A DNA stretch of 29,460 nucleotides from Candidatus Babeliales bacterium (GTDB taxonomy: Bacteria; Babelota; Babeliae; Babelales; Vermiphilaceae), in the NCBI GenBank assembly GCA_044451405.1, contig JBIOKB010000009.1:1-29460 (forward strand), in the 5' to 3' direction. The notes beneath the pieces were generated by a model, which saw only the letters and a list, made by a program, of their open reading frames with translations, was not told where the DNA came from and made no database searches. Below are positions 1-8,542 of the stretch, one piece after another (within the stretch, counting starts at the first letter, position 1; every line of letters starts with the position of its first letter). A program made the translations under genes and the position numbers.

Positions 1-1371
1 ACAATATCCACCCACATATACCGGAATCCCAATTATCATCGCATGCCAAACCCCCTGATATAATGCCTCACGAGGAAGTGGTATTGCATATGCCCTATGC
101 GCGTAGTAAACCATAAGCAAAGAACTAACCAATCGCACGCCCTGTATTATTAGGATCATGGTTACTAAACCAATAAACGTGATGACATTAAAAGAATAGA
201 GAATACTTATCATTATTATATAGGGTATGTACGCATATATAAGCGCTTTATAGTGAGCATGAACTTCTAATATACGCTCATAGGGAGAAAGTACTGTCTC
301 TATTAGATAGCCTATGGTACTTATAAAAAAGATGAGAAATACGCTATTGTTTTTTATGCTATGCATACTATGAATTCCCACTATAGTTATTATTCCTAAA
401 AGAGGAAAGCAGAGGCTCGTGATCTTGGTCGTAAGTTTTTTGAATGCATTGTCCATCGCCTTTTTACTCGTATCCTCTACATGTACATGCGCTAATAGCG
501 CTGTATCATTAGATCCAATAGTTTTAATTACCATGCGATACATTAATAGGGCGCCATCATTTGCTACTTTAAAAATGTTTGCGGGTATATGGCCCAAAAA
601 ATAGGTAATAAAAGGTACTAAGAAATTACGCTCTGATAGGCTCTTAATATTCGTGTTAAACCACATAATTCCTGAGTGCTTTATAAAAGATTTTGTGAGT
701 GATTTTGTGTAAACAGCATCATCCGATTTCTCGTCGTACTGCATTGATGCATACAATCTTGGTAGCATAAATAAACAGATCATTATAGTCATGATGCTCG
801 TTGCTATTTTTATAACGAGTACATATAACAGCAGATGATGATGTGCGCCATACATTCCTATGACAAGACCGTTACCAATCATCTCGATAGTCAATAATCC
901 TATGCTGACCGTGTTGAACTGCTTGTTCCAGAAGTGAGCATGATAGAGCGTGCGTAGTACTGCAATAAAGCCCTCACTGACAAAGAGGGCCGTTGCTAGG
1001 TAAAAGATAATGAGGTTGCGCTCTAATGATAGGGTGTGGGCGCTGATATGCGTACTATAGATAAAAAATGGTGTTGCCAGGATAAGGAGGACACTTTGCA
1101 GGATAAGGATAGAACGTACAAAGGAACGGTGGGTATGTCGATTGCGGGAAAACTCAGGACAGAAGCGAGGAATGGACTTGCGTAGGCCAAAGTCGAGCCA
1201 CAAAATAGATAAAAATACCAGGGCGTTGATGTTGGCCCAGGTAGCATAATCATATGCTGAAAGACGCATAAAAAGAATGAACGAGAAGATAGTGGTGGAT
1301 GCTTTATACAAGGTGTATAGGAGAGCATTCCAGGTGAGGGCTGATGAAAATTGCTTATAAAGGTGCTGCAT
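1..1371 (-). CDS. Polytopic membrane protein, MOP/Wzx-like flippase (3' end outside the window); paralog of 3426..4790
   Basis: Translated by hand: ATG at 1371, open to position 1 (MQHLYKQFSSALTWNALLYTLYK...ERNFLVPFITYFLGHIPANIFKV...YERILEVH...). Many hydrophobic helices and collinear motifs shared with 3426..4790. Absent from the ORF track because no stop codon lies in the window. Confidence 0.85.
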   Translation of the reverse strand, partial: MQHLYKQFSSALTWNALLYTLYKASTTIFSFILFMRLSAYDYATWANINALVFLSILWLDFGLRKSIPRFCPEFSRNRHTHRSFVRSILILQSVLLILATPFFIYSTHISAHTLSLERNLIIFYLATALFVSEGFIAVLRTLYHAHFWNKQFNTVSIGLLTIEMIGNGLVIGMYGAHHHLLLYVLVIKIATSIMTIMICLFMLPRLYASMQYDEKSDDAVYTKSLTKSFIKHSGIMWFNTNIKSLSERNFLVPFITYFLGHIPANIFKVANDGALLMYRMVIKTIGSNDTALLAHVHVEDTSKKAMDNAFKKLTTKITSLCFPLLGIITIVGIHSMHSIKNNSVFLIFFISTIGYLIETVLSPYERILEVHAHYKALIYAYIPYIIMISILYSFNVITFIGLVTMILIIQGVRLVSSLLMVYYAHRAYAIPLPREALYQGVWHAMIIGIPVYVGGYC

Positions 1372-1429
1372 TGCAATAAAATAAGGTAAAAGGTGTATAG
1401 AGCAAGGGTAGCACAAGGGATAGGAGATG

Positions 1430-1459
1430 AAAACTAAGAACCCGGAGCGCGCCCCGGGT
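1430..1459 (-). terminator. Intrinsic terminator of the small acidic protein gene
   Basis: Minus strand reads ACCCGGGG-CGCG-CTCCGGGT followed by TCTTAGTTTT, about 27 nt after the stop at 1487. Confidence 0.75.
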
Positions 1460-1486
1460 ATCTTGAATATCTAGAGAATGTGAGGC

Positions 1487-1705
1487 TTACTCTTCTTCGT
1501 CCTCGTAATCTTCGTCTATATCGCCTGAGTCTATATTGGGGTCACTGTACGTAGGCGCGCCCATTGCATCGTCTTCGTCATCAGCAGCATCAAATTGCAT
1601 GATTGGTTCTTGTGCTTCGATGTCATCTTCAGGTAGGGCCATAACCATTGATGCCGGTACAAGTAATGCCGCTAATAAGCAGGCTAACAGGTAACGCATA
1701 TACAT
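1487..1705 (-). CDS. Small secreted, highly acidic protein (72 aa)
   Basis: AAGGAG RBS (1712-1717), Sec-type signal peptide (MYMRYLLACLLAALLVPASMVMA), D/E-rich mature part and its own terminator. Confidence 0.8.
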   Translation of the reverse strand: MYMRYLLACLLAALLVPASMVMALPEDDIEAQEPIMQFDAADDEDDAMGAPTYSDPNIDSGDIDEDYEDEEE

Positions 1706-1925
1706 ATAAAACTCCTTGGTATAAAAATAAGTTCTTACTGGTATCCACTACCAGGATACAATATCATATATTCTATTTGCAATAGTGTGGGGGAGGGATA
1801 GGGGAACCTATAATTGGGTGCAATATGGGAATTGTGCCCTAAACTATTGATAAAAATGGACGTTGTGTGATACGTTGGGTATATATAATTATTATAATAG
1901 AAATATTGATAATGAGGCTGTGGCC

Positions 1926-3269
1926 ATGGAACTAAAAAAAATATTGTTGTTCGGGCTCTGCTTGAAGGGAATTGTGGTAGTAACCATTATGCTCCTGATA
2001 GGAGGGCATTATATATTGAGTGAAATATGGTTCGAGCCGCTCGCATCCATTGATCAGATACAACAACAACTTGAAGACGGTGCCAATGTCAATGCATTTA
2101 ATGATGATGGATTTACCGGCGTGCAGCAAGCAATTGTACTTGATAATTACGATCGATTAGTCTTGTTGCTGCGCTATGGAGCTGATGTAACCATACCAAC
2201 TATGCATAAAGATAGTAACCCCGGCTATGCCAATGGCAATACCACACTTCATTTGGTGCTGTGGTACGGCAATACGAGTGGCAGGATCGGAGGAACTGAT
2301 ATACGCGATGTCGCAAATCTCCTCATAAAATATGGCGCAAACGTCAATGCCCGTAATAGTTTTGGACAGACGCCAATACATATGCTCATGCAAATACAAA
2401 ACCTTGATACGCGTGAAGATATATTGAATATATTGCTTGAACATAGTGCTGATATCAATGCACGCGATAATCATGGTAACACCATGCTGCACTTAGCTGC
2501 TGAAACTAATGACGGAGCATGGATACAACGATTAGTAGGGAACTATGATCTTGCAATAACACCGTACCCACAGAATATCGGTATCATCGGAAACTATAGC
2601 GCAGCGATGACGCCAGGTTCCGCTGTAGGAGATGGATACCGATCATTGTTGCGATTCGATATAAAAAATAATGCCGGCTATACACCACAAGACTATGCGC
2701 GCTCATTAGCTAATGGTGACCTTGCTGATACCATGGATGTCATAGTACCTGCACCACTTGGTAAAGATAATGTGCGAGAAGTTGATAAGCTGGGACGCAC
2801 CGGATTGATGCTTGCAATCATGCGTAACGATATGAAATTTGCACAGGACCAAATAGCGCGTAACGCACCCATTGAAGCAGCTGATAAACGGGGAAATCGA
2901 GCAATGCACTATGCGTGCATGAGCCACTATAACCCACGCAGCTATTGCGAACTCTTACACTCCCATGGTGCACTAATAAACCCCGTAAATAATTATGGAC
3001 AAACACCCCTGTTCTTTGCTATAGATCTCGAATCTACTACAGATAGAAAAGCTGTAGTAGAATATCTGCTTGCTCATGGAGCACAGCCCGATATTAAAGA
3101 TAAACAAGGTGATACCATACTCCATATCATTGTTGAGCGTAATGATGTTGCACTTGCCAAATTATTTAAGAACTATTTCACATCCAAAGTAACCAACAAA
3201 GCTGGTCTTACTCCCTATGATCTTGCAAAGGCGATGAAGCGATCCAAGCTAATTGAAGCAATTAAGTGA
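1926..3269 (+). CDS. Ankyrin-repeat protein with N-terminal membrane anchor
   Basis: Repeated ANK motifs (GNTTLHL, GQTPIH, GNTMLHLAA, GQTPLFFA, GDTILH, GLTPYDLA; GANVNA/ADINA turns) after a hydrophobic N-terminus. ATG 1926 (GAGG upstream) preferred over TTG 1863. Confidence 0.92.
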   Translation: MELKKILLFGLCLKGIVVVTIMLLIGGHYILSEIWFEPLASIDQIQQQLEDGANVNAFNDDGFTGVQQAIVLDNYDRLVLLLRYGADVTIPTMHKDSNPGYANGNTTLHLVLWYGNTSGRIGGTDIRDVANLLIKYGANVNARNSFGQTPIHMLMQIQNLDTREDILNILLEHSADINARDNHGNTMLHLAAETNDGAWIQRLVGNYDLAITPYPQNIGIIGNYSAAMTPGSAVGDGYRSLLRFDIKNNAGYTPQDYARSLANGDLADTMDVIVPAPLGKDNVREVDKLGRTGLMLAIMRNDMKFAQDQIARNAPIEAADKRGNRAMHYACMSHYNPRSYCELLHSHGALINPVNNYGQTPLFFAIDLESTTDRKAVVEYLLAHGAQPDIKDKQGDTILHIIVERNDVALAKLFKNYFTSKVTNKAGLTPYDLAKAMKRSKLIEAIK

Positions 3270-3425
3270 TTTTTATTATTCATAAATTGCTCAGTAGAAA
3301 ATATTTGCCATAAATCAAGCTAATTATCTTCGATTTCGGCCGAGAATTCTTTTTTATGTTTCGATTACATATTTTATCGAGACAACAATTAAAAATGCAA
3401 CTCAGTTTGTTTTTATTCGTGTTTT

Positions 3426-4790
3426 TTAAAAACAGAGAAAAAAGATACCTGCGAGTATAAGTGGCACGGCAAGATAATCGGCACGCAGGGTTAAAGCGGG
3501 TTTAATGTGAAACCAATGATAGGCAGTAATTGCCAATGTGCTGATGGTGATCATGCGTATACCCAACACTAAACTCATGATCATAACGGGTGATGCGGGC
3601 AGCGGTAGTAGTAAGAGCGTGCCCGTTATGGTTAATGATACGAGACTGAGTATGCACAGGTATGCTGCGCGATGGTGCGCTATGAAAAATTTTTCATACA
3701 CAATAAACATATGCTCTGTTAATTGGATAACTAAAAAGAGAATAATGAGCGGTGTGCTGAAGTTATTGGTATTAAGATGGGTGCCAATAAGTTTTGCATA
3801 ATTGATGACAAAAAAGATAATGAGTCCATAGAGTACATGATGTAAGTATTGCGTGAGAGTAAAAAAGAGTTGTTGCTTGTCGTGATAGGTATTGGTAGAT
3901 GTATGGGAAAAGAGTGCCTGGCTCGTTGGACCAAAAATTTTATATACCATAGTGGTGATGGTATGGGTGATGCTGCTGATGAGTTTAAAGATACCAGTAT
4001 GGGCTAATCCTATATGTAATGCGCAAAAGGGAATTAAAAAGTTGCTTGAAAATAAGATATGACCAAGATGGGCACCATAGGTATAGAGGCGCGTGCTGAT
4101 AAAGGTGCGATGAGTGGGGATAAGCTCGGTGCTTTCTGTTGGTAGGTGTTGGTAGAAGTCATAGAGACAACATCCAAGTATAAGGCAACTGATAAGTGAG
4201 GTTATAAAAAGAGGGAATAGTATAAGGGTAAGGGATAGAGCGGTGTAGTAGGCATAGCTGAGCCATACCAATGCTACATAAATACTTACCATACTTACTT
4301 CTACAAGCGCAGTCAGCTGATTATGAAAAGTAAGGTGGGCAATAGTGCGGAGTGTTTTTTTTGTGCTTTCAGTAACGAGCAAAAGAGCGAGAATTATGCT
4401 GAGTGAATAAGGAGTGATGGCGTGCCCGCCGTAGCTTGCCGAGCTGATTGCCCGGATAAGCGAAGGAGGGTTTACTATGATGCCGCATATGCCAATAAAC
4501 ACATACACAATGCATTGGATGCGCAGATGAGGGATAACAATAGTATGCCAAAAGCGACGATCAGTAGTTAATAATTGGGCATAGGGAGCAAGGGCGGTAT
4601 CAAATCCTGCATTGGCTAAAAAGGTCATAAGATACAACAGTGAAAAGATGATGCCCATCATGCCAAAAAAAGATGGGTCAGTATGACGGTAGAGGGCAAT
4701 AAGGTGTAAGATGAGTATGCCCTGGTACGCGATAGACTCGAAGGTGTTCCAGGCCAATCCCTTAAAAAGGGTACGATACAGCATTTCCAT
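3426..4790 (-). CDS. Polytopic membrane protein, MOP/Wzx-like flippase
   Basis: 454 aa with roughly 12 or more hydrophobic segments. The N-terminal pattern (..FGMMGIIFSL...ANAGFDTAL..) resembles the Wzx/Polysacc_synt 'G.....L..LG...AL' pattern. Family assignment is by eye. Confidence 0.7.
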   Translation of the reverse strand: MEMLYRTLFKGLAWNTFESIAYQGILILHLIALYRHTDPSFFGMMGIIFSLLYLMTFLANAGFDTALAPYAQLLTTDRRFWHTIVIPHLRIQCIVYVFIGICGIIVNPPSLIRAISSASYGGHAITPYSLSIILALLLVTESTKKTLRTIAHLTFHNQLTALVEVSMVSIYVALVWLSYAYYTALSLTLILFPLFITSLISCLILGCCLYDFYQHLPTESTELIPTHRTFISTRLYTYGAHLGHILFSSNFLIPFCALHIGLAHTGIFKLISSITHTITTMVYKIFGPTSQALFSHTSTNTYHDKQQLFFTLTQYLHHVLYGLIIFFVINYAKLIGTHLNTNNFSTPLIILFLVIQLTEHMFIVYEKFFIAHHRAAYLCILSLVSLTITGTLLLLPLPASPVMIMSLVLGIRMITISTLAITAYHWFHIKPALTLRADYLAVPLILAGIFFLCF

Positions 4791-4877
4791 AGTGCTATGG
4801 TATAAATCCTTGGCAATGATGACATGATTTTATTATGATTATAACAACTTTACTGACTTTAGATATGGAGGTCTGTG

Positions 4878-6134
4878 ATGCACTTTTTCTATCTGGTATT
4901 GTTGCTGATGGTTGAACATGCAGTTTTTGCATCTGATAATCATGTACCTGTACATACCACTTCCTATTGGACCCATGATGATGATATACCACTCGTGTGT
5001 CGAATTCAGCGTCGTTATTATCTTATTAAACGTCTTGAAAAGCCAACGCATCTGATTGGTAAACTAAAGAACTATGCTACACATGAAAAGATGGCGATAC
5101 TTGCCCATGTTGCGCAGGATATGGCACGTATGCCATTGCGTCATTCAGTGTGTAGATCATTGCAAACGACATGCACCATTGCATCATTTGATGCGGTTTG
5201 GAGTGATTTTTTATCCTATAAATATATTGATGATGATCGTTTTGATAAAGAGGTGGTAATTGTTGTACTGCTATTGTACAAGCATATGCTCGTCTCATTA
5301 TTAGATCGCACCGATGAAGCGCTTGAGTTGGCTGCGCGCATTGATGCCTATATTGCTATGGTGTCTCATCGTGCTGAATATGCACTCGAAGAGGTGTTGG
5401 AGGTTGATGTGGATACTGCTGCTCAGGAGACAACTTCCTATGCTCCGCTCTTGCATGAACTATTATTGGGTCATACTGCGTGGTCAGATTTTTATTCAGA
5501 TGCAAAACAGAATATGCAGGCGACATTAGGAACTCTCGTGCATGTTTTAGATACTACCACTCAAGAACCGGTACATCTTGTTGTTGCTAATGCGGTGCGC
5601 TTATATCATATTCAGCGCATGCTTAAAGCGCTGTTCATACTCTCACATCATACACAAAAGCCGATGCATGTGTCTCAATTATCGGAAAAAATTAAAACGC
5701 CTATTGTGCGTGATTGTGTTCAACATATAGAAAAAACCCGTTCGCTACTTCCTTTATTTCAGCTATGGCAGCGCATTATTTGTTATGATTTTATTCATGA
5801 TACCCATGAAGTTAAAGAATTTATGCGTGTAGTTGTTATTATGTATAAAAGCATAGCGTGTTGTATGCAACAGGAGCGAGCTGTACCTGATCACGATATT
5901 CTTGCATTGTATGATCAGATAGCGGCATTAGAAATTGGTGAGTTGCTTGATCTGCTTGATGATGTTGCGACACAAGTGGATCATATAAGTCACGTATATG
6001 AACTAAATAATGCTGATTTAAGTTGGTCTGTGTGGTTTAAAAAATATTGGTGGGTAGTTCCTGTTGTTGCTGCATGGGTATATCTTACCATCGCAAAACA
6101 TGCTGCTGCACAGCATGTCCCCAAGGTGATATAA
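4878..6134 (+). CDS. Exported alpha-helical protein with an internal duplication and a C-terminal TM anchor
   Basis: GGAGG RBS at 4867-4871, signal peptide ending VFA, long ORF and C-terminal KKYWWVVPVVAAWVYLTIAK. Confidence 0.8.
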   Translation: MHFFYLVLLLMVEHAVFASDNHVPVHTTSYWTHDDDIPLVCRIQRRYYLIKRLEKPTHLIGKLKNYATHEKMAILAHVAQDMARMPLRHSVCRSLQTTCTIASFDAVWSDFLSYKYIDDDRFDKEVVIVVLLLYKHMLVSLLDRTDEALELAARIDAYIAMVSHRAEYALEEVLEVDVDTAAQETTSYAPLLHELLLGHTAWSDFYSDAKQNMQATLGTLVHVLDTTTQEPVHLVVANAVRLYHIQRMLKALFILSHHTQKPMHVSQLSEKIKTPIVRDCVQHIEKTRSLLPLFQLWQRIICYDFIHDTHEVKEFMRVVVIMYKSIACCMQQERAVPDHDILALYDQIAALEIGELLDLLDDVATQVDHISHVYELNNADLSWSVWFKKYWWVVPVVAAWVYLTIAKHAAAQHVPKVI

Positions 6135-6170
6135 CGATACATGCAACTCATTTCTTTGCATTCTGTTTTA

Positions 6171-6179
6171 TGGTATGCT
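6171..6179 (+). promoter_or_regulatory. Possible extended -10 element upstream of carD
   Basis: TGgTATGCT about 60 nt upstream of the carD ATG. No clear -35. Confidence 0.3.
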
Positions 6180-6238
6180 ACGTGCATACAGGTAAAAGCT
6201 TTTCTCTGGGGATACAATACCTATAGAAAGGTATTTTT

Positions 6239-6790
6239 ATGTTTGTCCTTCATGATAAAGTAGTTTACCCTGGTCATGGTGCAGCCAACATTAGTCGAAT
6301 CATTGAAAAAAAAGTGATGGGTATTCAAACCACATTTTTTGAACTTGAATTTGTCAACAAAGATATGACTATCTTAATCCCCGTTCATAGTATTAGCACC
6401 GTTGGTATACGGAAACTAAGTTCGCATGATAATATTAAAGAAATTTTTAAGATGCTTTCAGAACCGGTTTCTAAATTGCATTGCGAACTTAATGCGAGTA
6501 ATTGGAATAAGCGCAATAAAGAATACCAGTGTAAAATTAGGACTGGTAATATTAATGAAATAGGTAAAATCTACCGAGATTTACGCCATATCGCTACCTA
6601 TAAAGAACTTTCATTTGGTGAAAAAAATTTACTCCAACAAACAGAGGGGTTGTTGGTTGAAGAGATCTCATTAGTAACGCACATGCCGGTTGAACAGGCA
6701 ATTGAACAGGTACGGGTATTATGTAAGAACAGCGAACTGCTGGTTCCTCTTATGGTACAGTCAAGTTCCCATGTAATGTCAGCTCCGTAA
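6239..6790 (+). CDS. carD: CarD family RNA polymerase-binding transcription factor
   Basis: DKVVYPGHG...GIRKL...SNWNKR (conserved Trp)...LSFGEK...LLVEEI. Confidence 0.93.
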   Translation: MFVLHDKVVYPGHGAANISRIIEKKVMGIQTTFFELEFVNKDMTILIPVHSISTVGIRKLSSHDNIKEIFKMLSEPVSKLHCELNASNWNKRNKEYQCKIRTGNINEIGKIYRDLRHIATYKELSFGEKNLLQQTEGLLVEEISLVTHMPVEQAIEQVRVLCKNSELLVPLMVQSSSHVMSAP

Positions 6791-6893
6791 ATTCATGTGA
6801 TCATATTCGTATAGTTGTAATAGGCAGTCAGAGTGTATGGCTGCCTTGTATCGTTACTATAATTATTGGGTGTTTTTCAGTATAGTTATACCT

Positions 6894-7847
6894 ATGAATA
6901 CCCCAAAAAACCCTTTACATAAGCCTTGTATTATTATTTTTGGCCCTACTGCTGTTGGCAAAAGTGCATTAGCTGAACAGCTGGGTACGGTAGTGCCCAT
7001 AGAAATTATTAATATGGATATGGGGCAATTATATACGCCGTTAACTATTGGTACGGCAAAGCCCGTATGGCAAAAATCACCTATCCCCCATCATATGTTT
7101 GATGTAATTGATGAGCCGCGTAATTATACCGTTATGGAATATAATGCCCGGGTTATTCCCCTGATACAGGAGATTCAAGAACGGGGATCTATACCCGTAC
7201 TCGTTGGTGGCTCTGCTTTCTATCTGAAATCATTACTATTTCCTGTGATTGAGCAAGAAGTGGTAGCTGTTCCAGCTCATGGTAGCCATACAGGTACCTG
7301 GGATGAGCTTAATGCTATTGACCCTGAACGAGCATCCCACATTCATCCCCATGATACGTACCGCATTAACCGCGCGCTCCATATTTGGTATACTACCGGC
7401 AACAAGCCTTCAACATTAGTTCCATGCTTTAATCCGCCAGCTGATTTTATGCTTATTATGGTGACCCGTGATCGTACGCAGTTATATGACCGTATTAATA
7501 CGCGGGTTGAGCAGATGGTTGATGAGGGATGGTTGGCTGAATGTGTACACCTTCTTGGCACCCCCTGGGAATCATTTATAGAGAGTAAGGGTATCATTGG
7601 TTATCGTGAAATGATGGCAGTTGCAGCAAAAAGGAGTACTATGGAAAAAGCGATCTCCTTGATAGCGCAACAGACGCGCAATTATGCAAAGCGGCAACAT
7701 ACTTTTTGGCGTATGTTACACAAAAAAATTACGGGAAGTACATCTGATAAGCGCTTTGTATTCGAGGAAGCGAACTTGACTTTATTAGACCTTGATTTAT
7801 ATATTAGTCAGCTATCTGATCGTATACACTCTTTTTATATCAAGTGA
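6894..7847 (+). CDS. miaA: tRNA dimethylallyltransferase
   Basis: GPTAVGKS P-loop, IGTAKP, PHHMFD, VGGSAFYLKSL, RINRAL, IIGYRE, TRNYAKRQ. Start is 6894 or 6837. Confidence 0.95.
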   Translation: MNTPKNPLHKPCIIIFGPTAVGKSALAEQLGTVVPIEIINMDMGQLYTPLTIGTAKPVWQKSPIPHHMFDVIDEPRNYTVMEYNARVIPLIQEIQERGSIPVLVGGSAFYLKSLLFPVIEQEVVAVPAHGSHTGTWDELNAIDPERASHIHPHDTYRINRALHIWYTTGNKPSTLVPCFNPPADFMLIMVTRDRTQLYDRINTRVEQMVDEGWLAECVHLLGTPWESFIESKGIIGYREMMAVAAKRSTMEKAISLIAQQTRNYAKRQHTFWRMLHKKITGSTSDKRFVFEEANLTLLDLDLYISQLSDRIHSFYIK

Positions 7848-7853
7848 GCGGTA

Positions 7854-8525
7854 ATGTTTTTTAAAAAAAATTCTCCTGATACTCATGAGCAGGGACTATT
7901 TATTACCAATCGCCATGCAAGTTGGGCGGTTTCATTAGCTATTATATGGAGTTTTTTTGTTTTTATATCGGGCTACTTTCTTGGACAACGAGCAGTGCTC
8001 GAACAATTTGCTACTCGGTTAGAACAGGATTCATTATCAGATAAAATTTATTCTTCATTATGTACGCTCTATGAAGTTGATAACGAGGCTGAAGTAAACG
8101 ATACTGGAGGTTCTTCTGAAGAAGGAGAAGAAGGACAGTCTGACAGTGAGTCTTACGCTAAAGCGGATACAACAGAGGGAAGTGAAGTGCATTCTACACA
8201 GAATCCTGTATCAAGCGTTACTGCCCAAGCAGAACAGAAAGATAGCGAGCGCACCAAGAGTGTAGGAAAGAAAGTAAAACACTATTACGCACCACTTGCA
8301 GGATTTGGATCAGCAGAACATGCGTATGCATTTGCTGACCGATGTGGTAAGAAAAATATTAAAGTAACGGTAAAGAAAAAACCGAGCAGATCATCTAAAG
8401 GACGTACCCATTATTGGTATCAAGTAGTAACACAACCCTATGATGATAAACAGGCGTTAGTTGCGGTAGTTGATACGATTAAACGGGCAGAACATATTAA
8501 AGATATTCGCATACGTGAAGCATAA
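7854..8525 (+). CDS. Bitopic SPOR-domain cell-division protein (FtsN/DedD-like)
   Basis: Short cytoplasmic part, TM helix ending GYFLG, acidic disordered linker and a C-terminal SPOR-like domain (YYAPLAGFGS..A...WYQVVTQPY). Confidence 0.65.
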   Translation: MFFKKNSPDTHEQGLFITNRHASWAVSLAIIWSFFVFISGYFLGQRAVLEQFATRLEQDSLSDKIYSSLCTLYEVDNEAEVNDTGGSSEEGEEGQSDSESYAKADTTEGSEVHSTQNPVSSVTAQAEQKDSERTKSVGKKVKHYYAPLAGFGSAEHAYAFADRCGKKNIKVTVKKKPSRSSKGRTHYWYQVVTQPYDDKQALVAVVDTIKRAEHIKDIRIREA

Positions 8526-8542
8526 GGCTAGCAGAGGAAATT

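Noticed and set aside
419-1376. ORF-track entries 419..604 (+) and 1023..1376 (-)
   Set aside because: They are antisense or out-of-frame shadows of the real <1..1371 minus-strand gene.
3245-3374. CAAGCTAATT direct repeat (3245, 3316) and a TGTTTCGAT/ATCGAGACA hairpin in the convergent gap
   Set aside because: Short, AT-rich and expected by chance; there is no adjacent U-tract to call a terminator with confidence.
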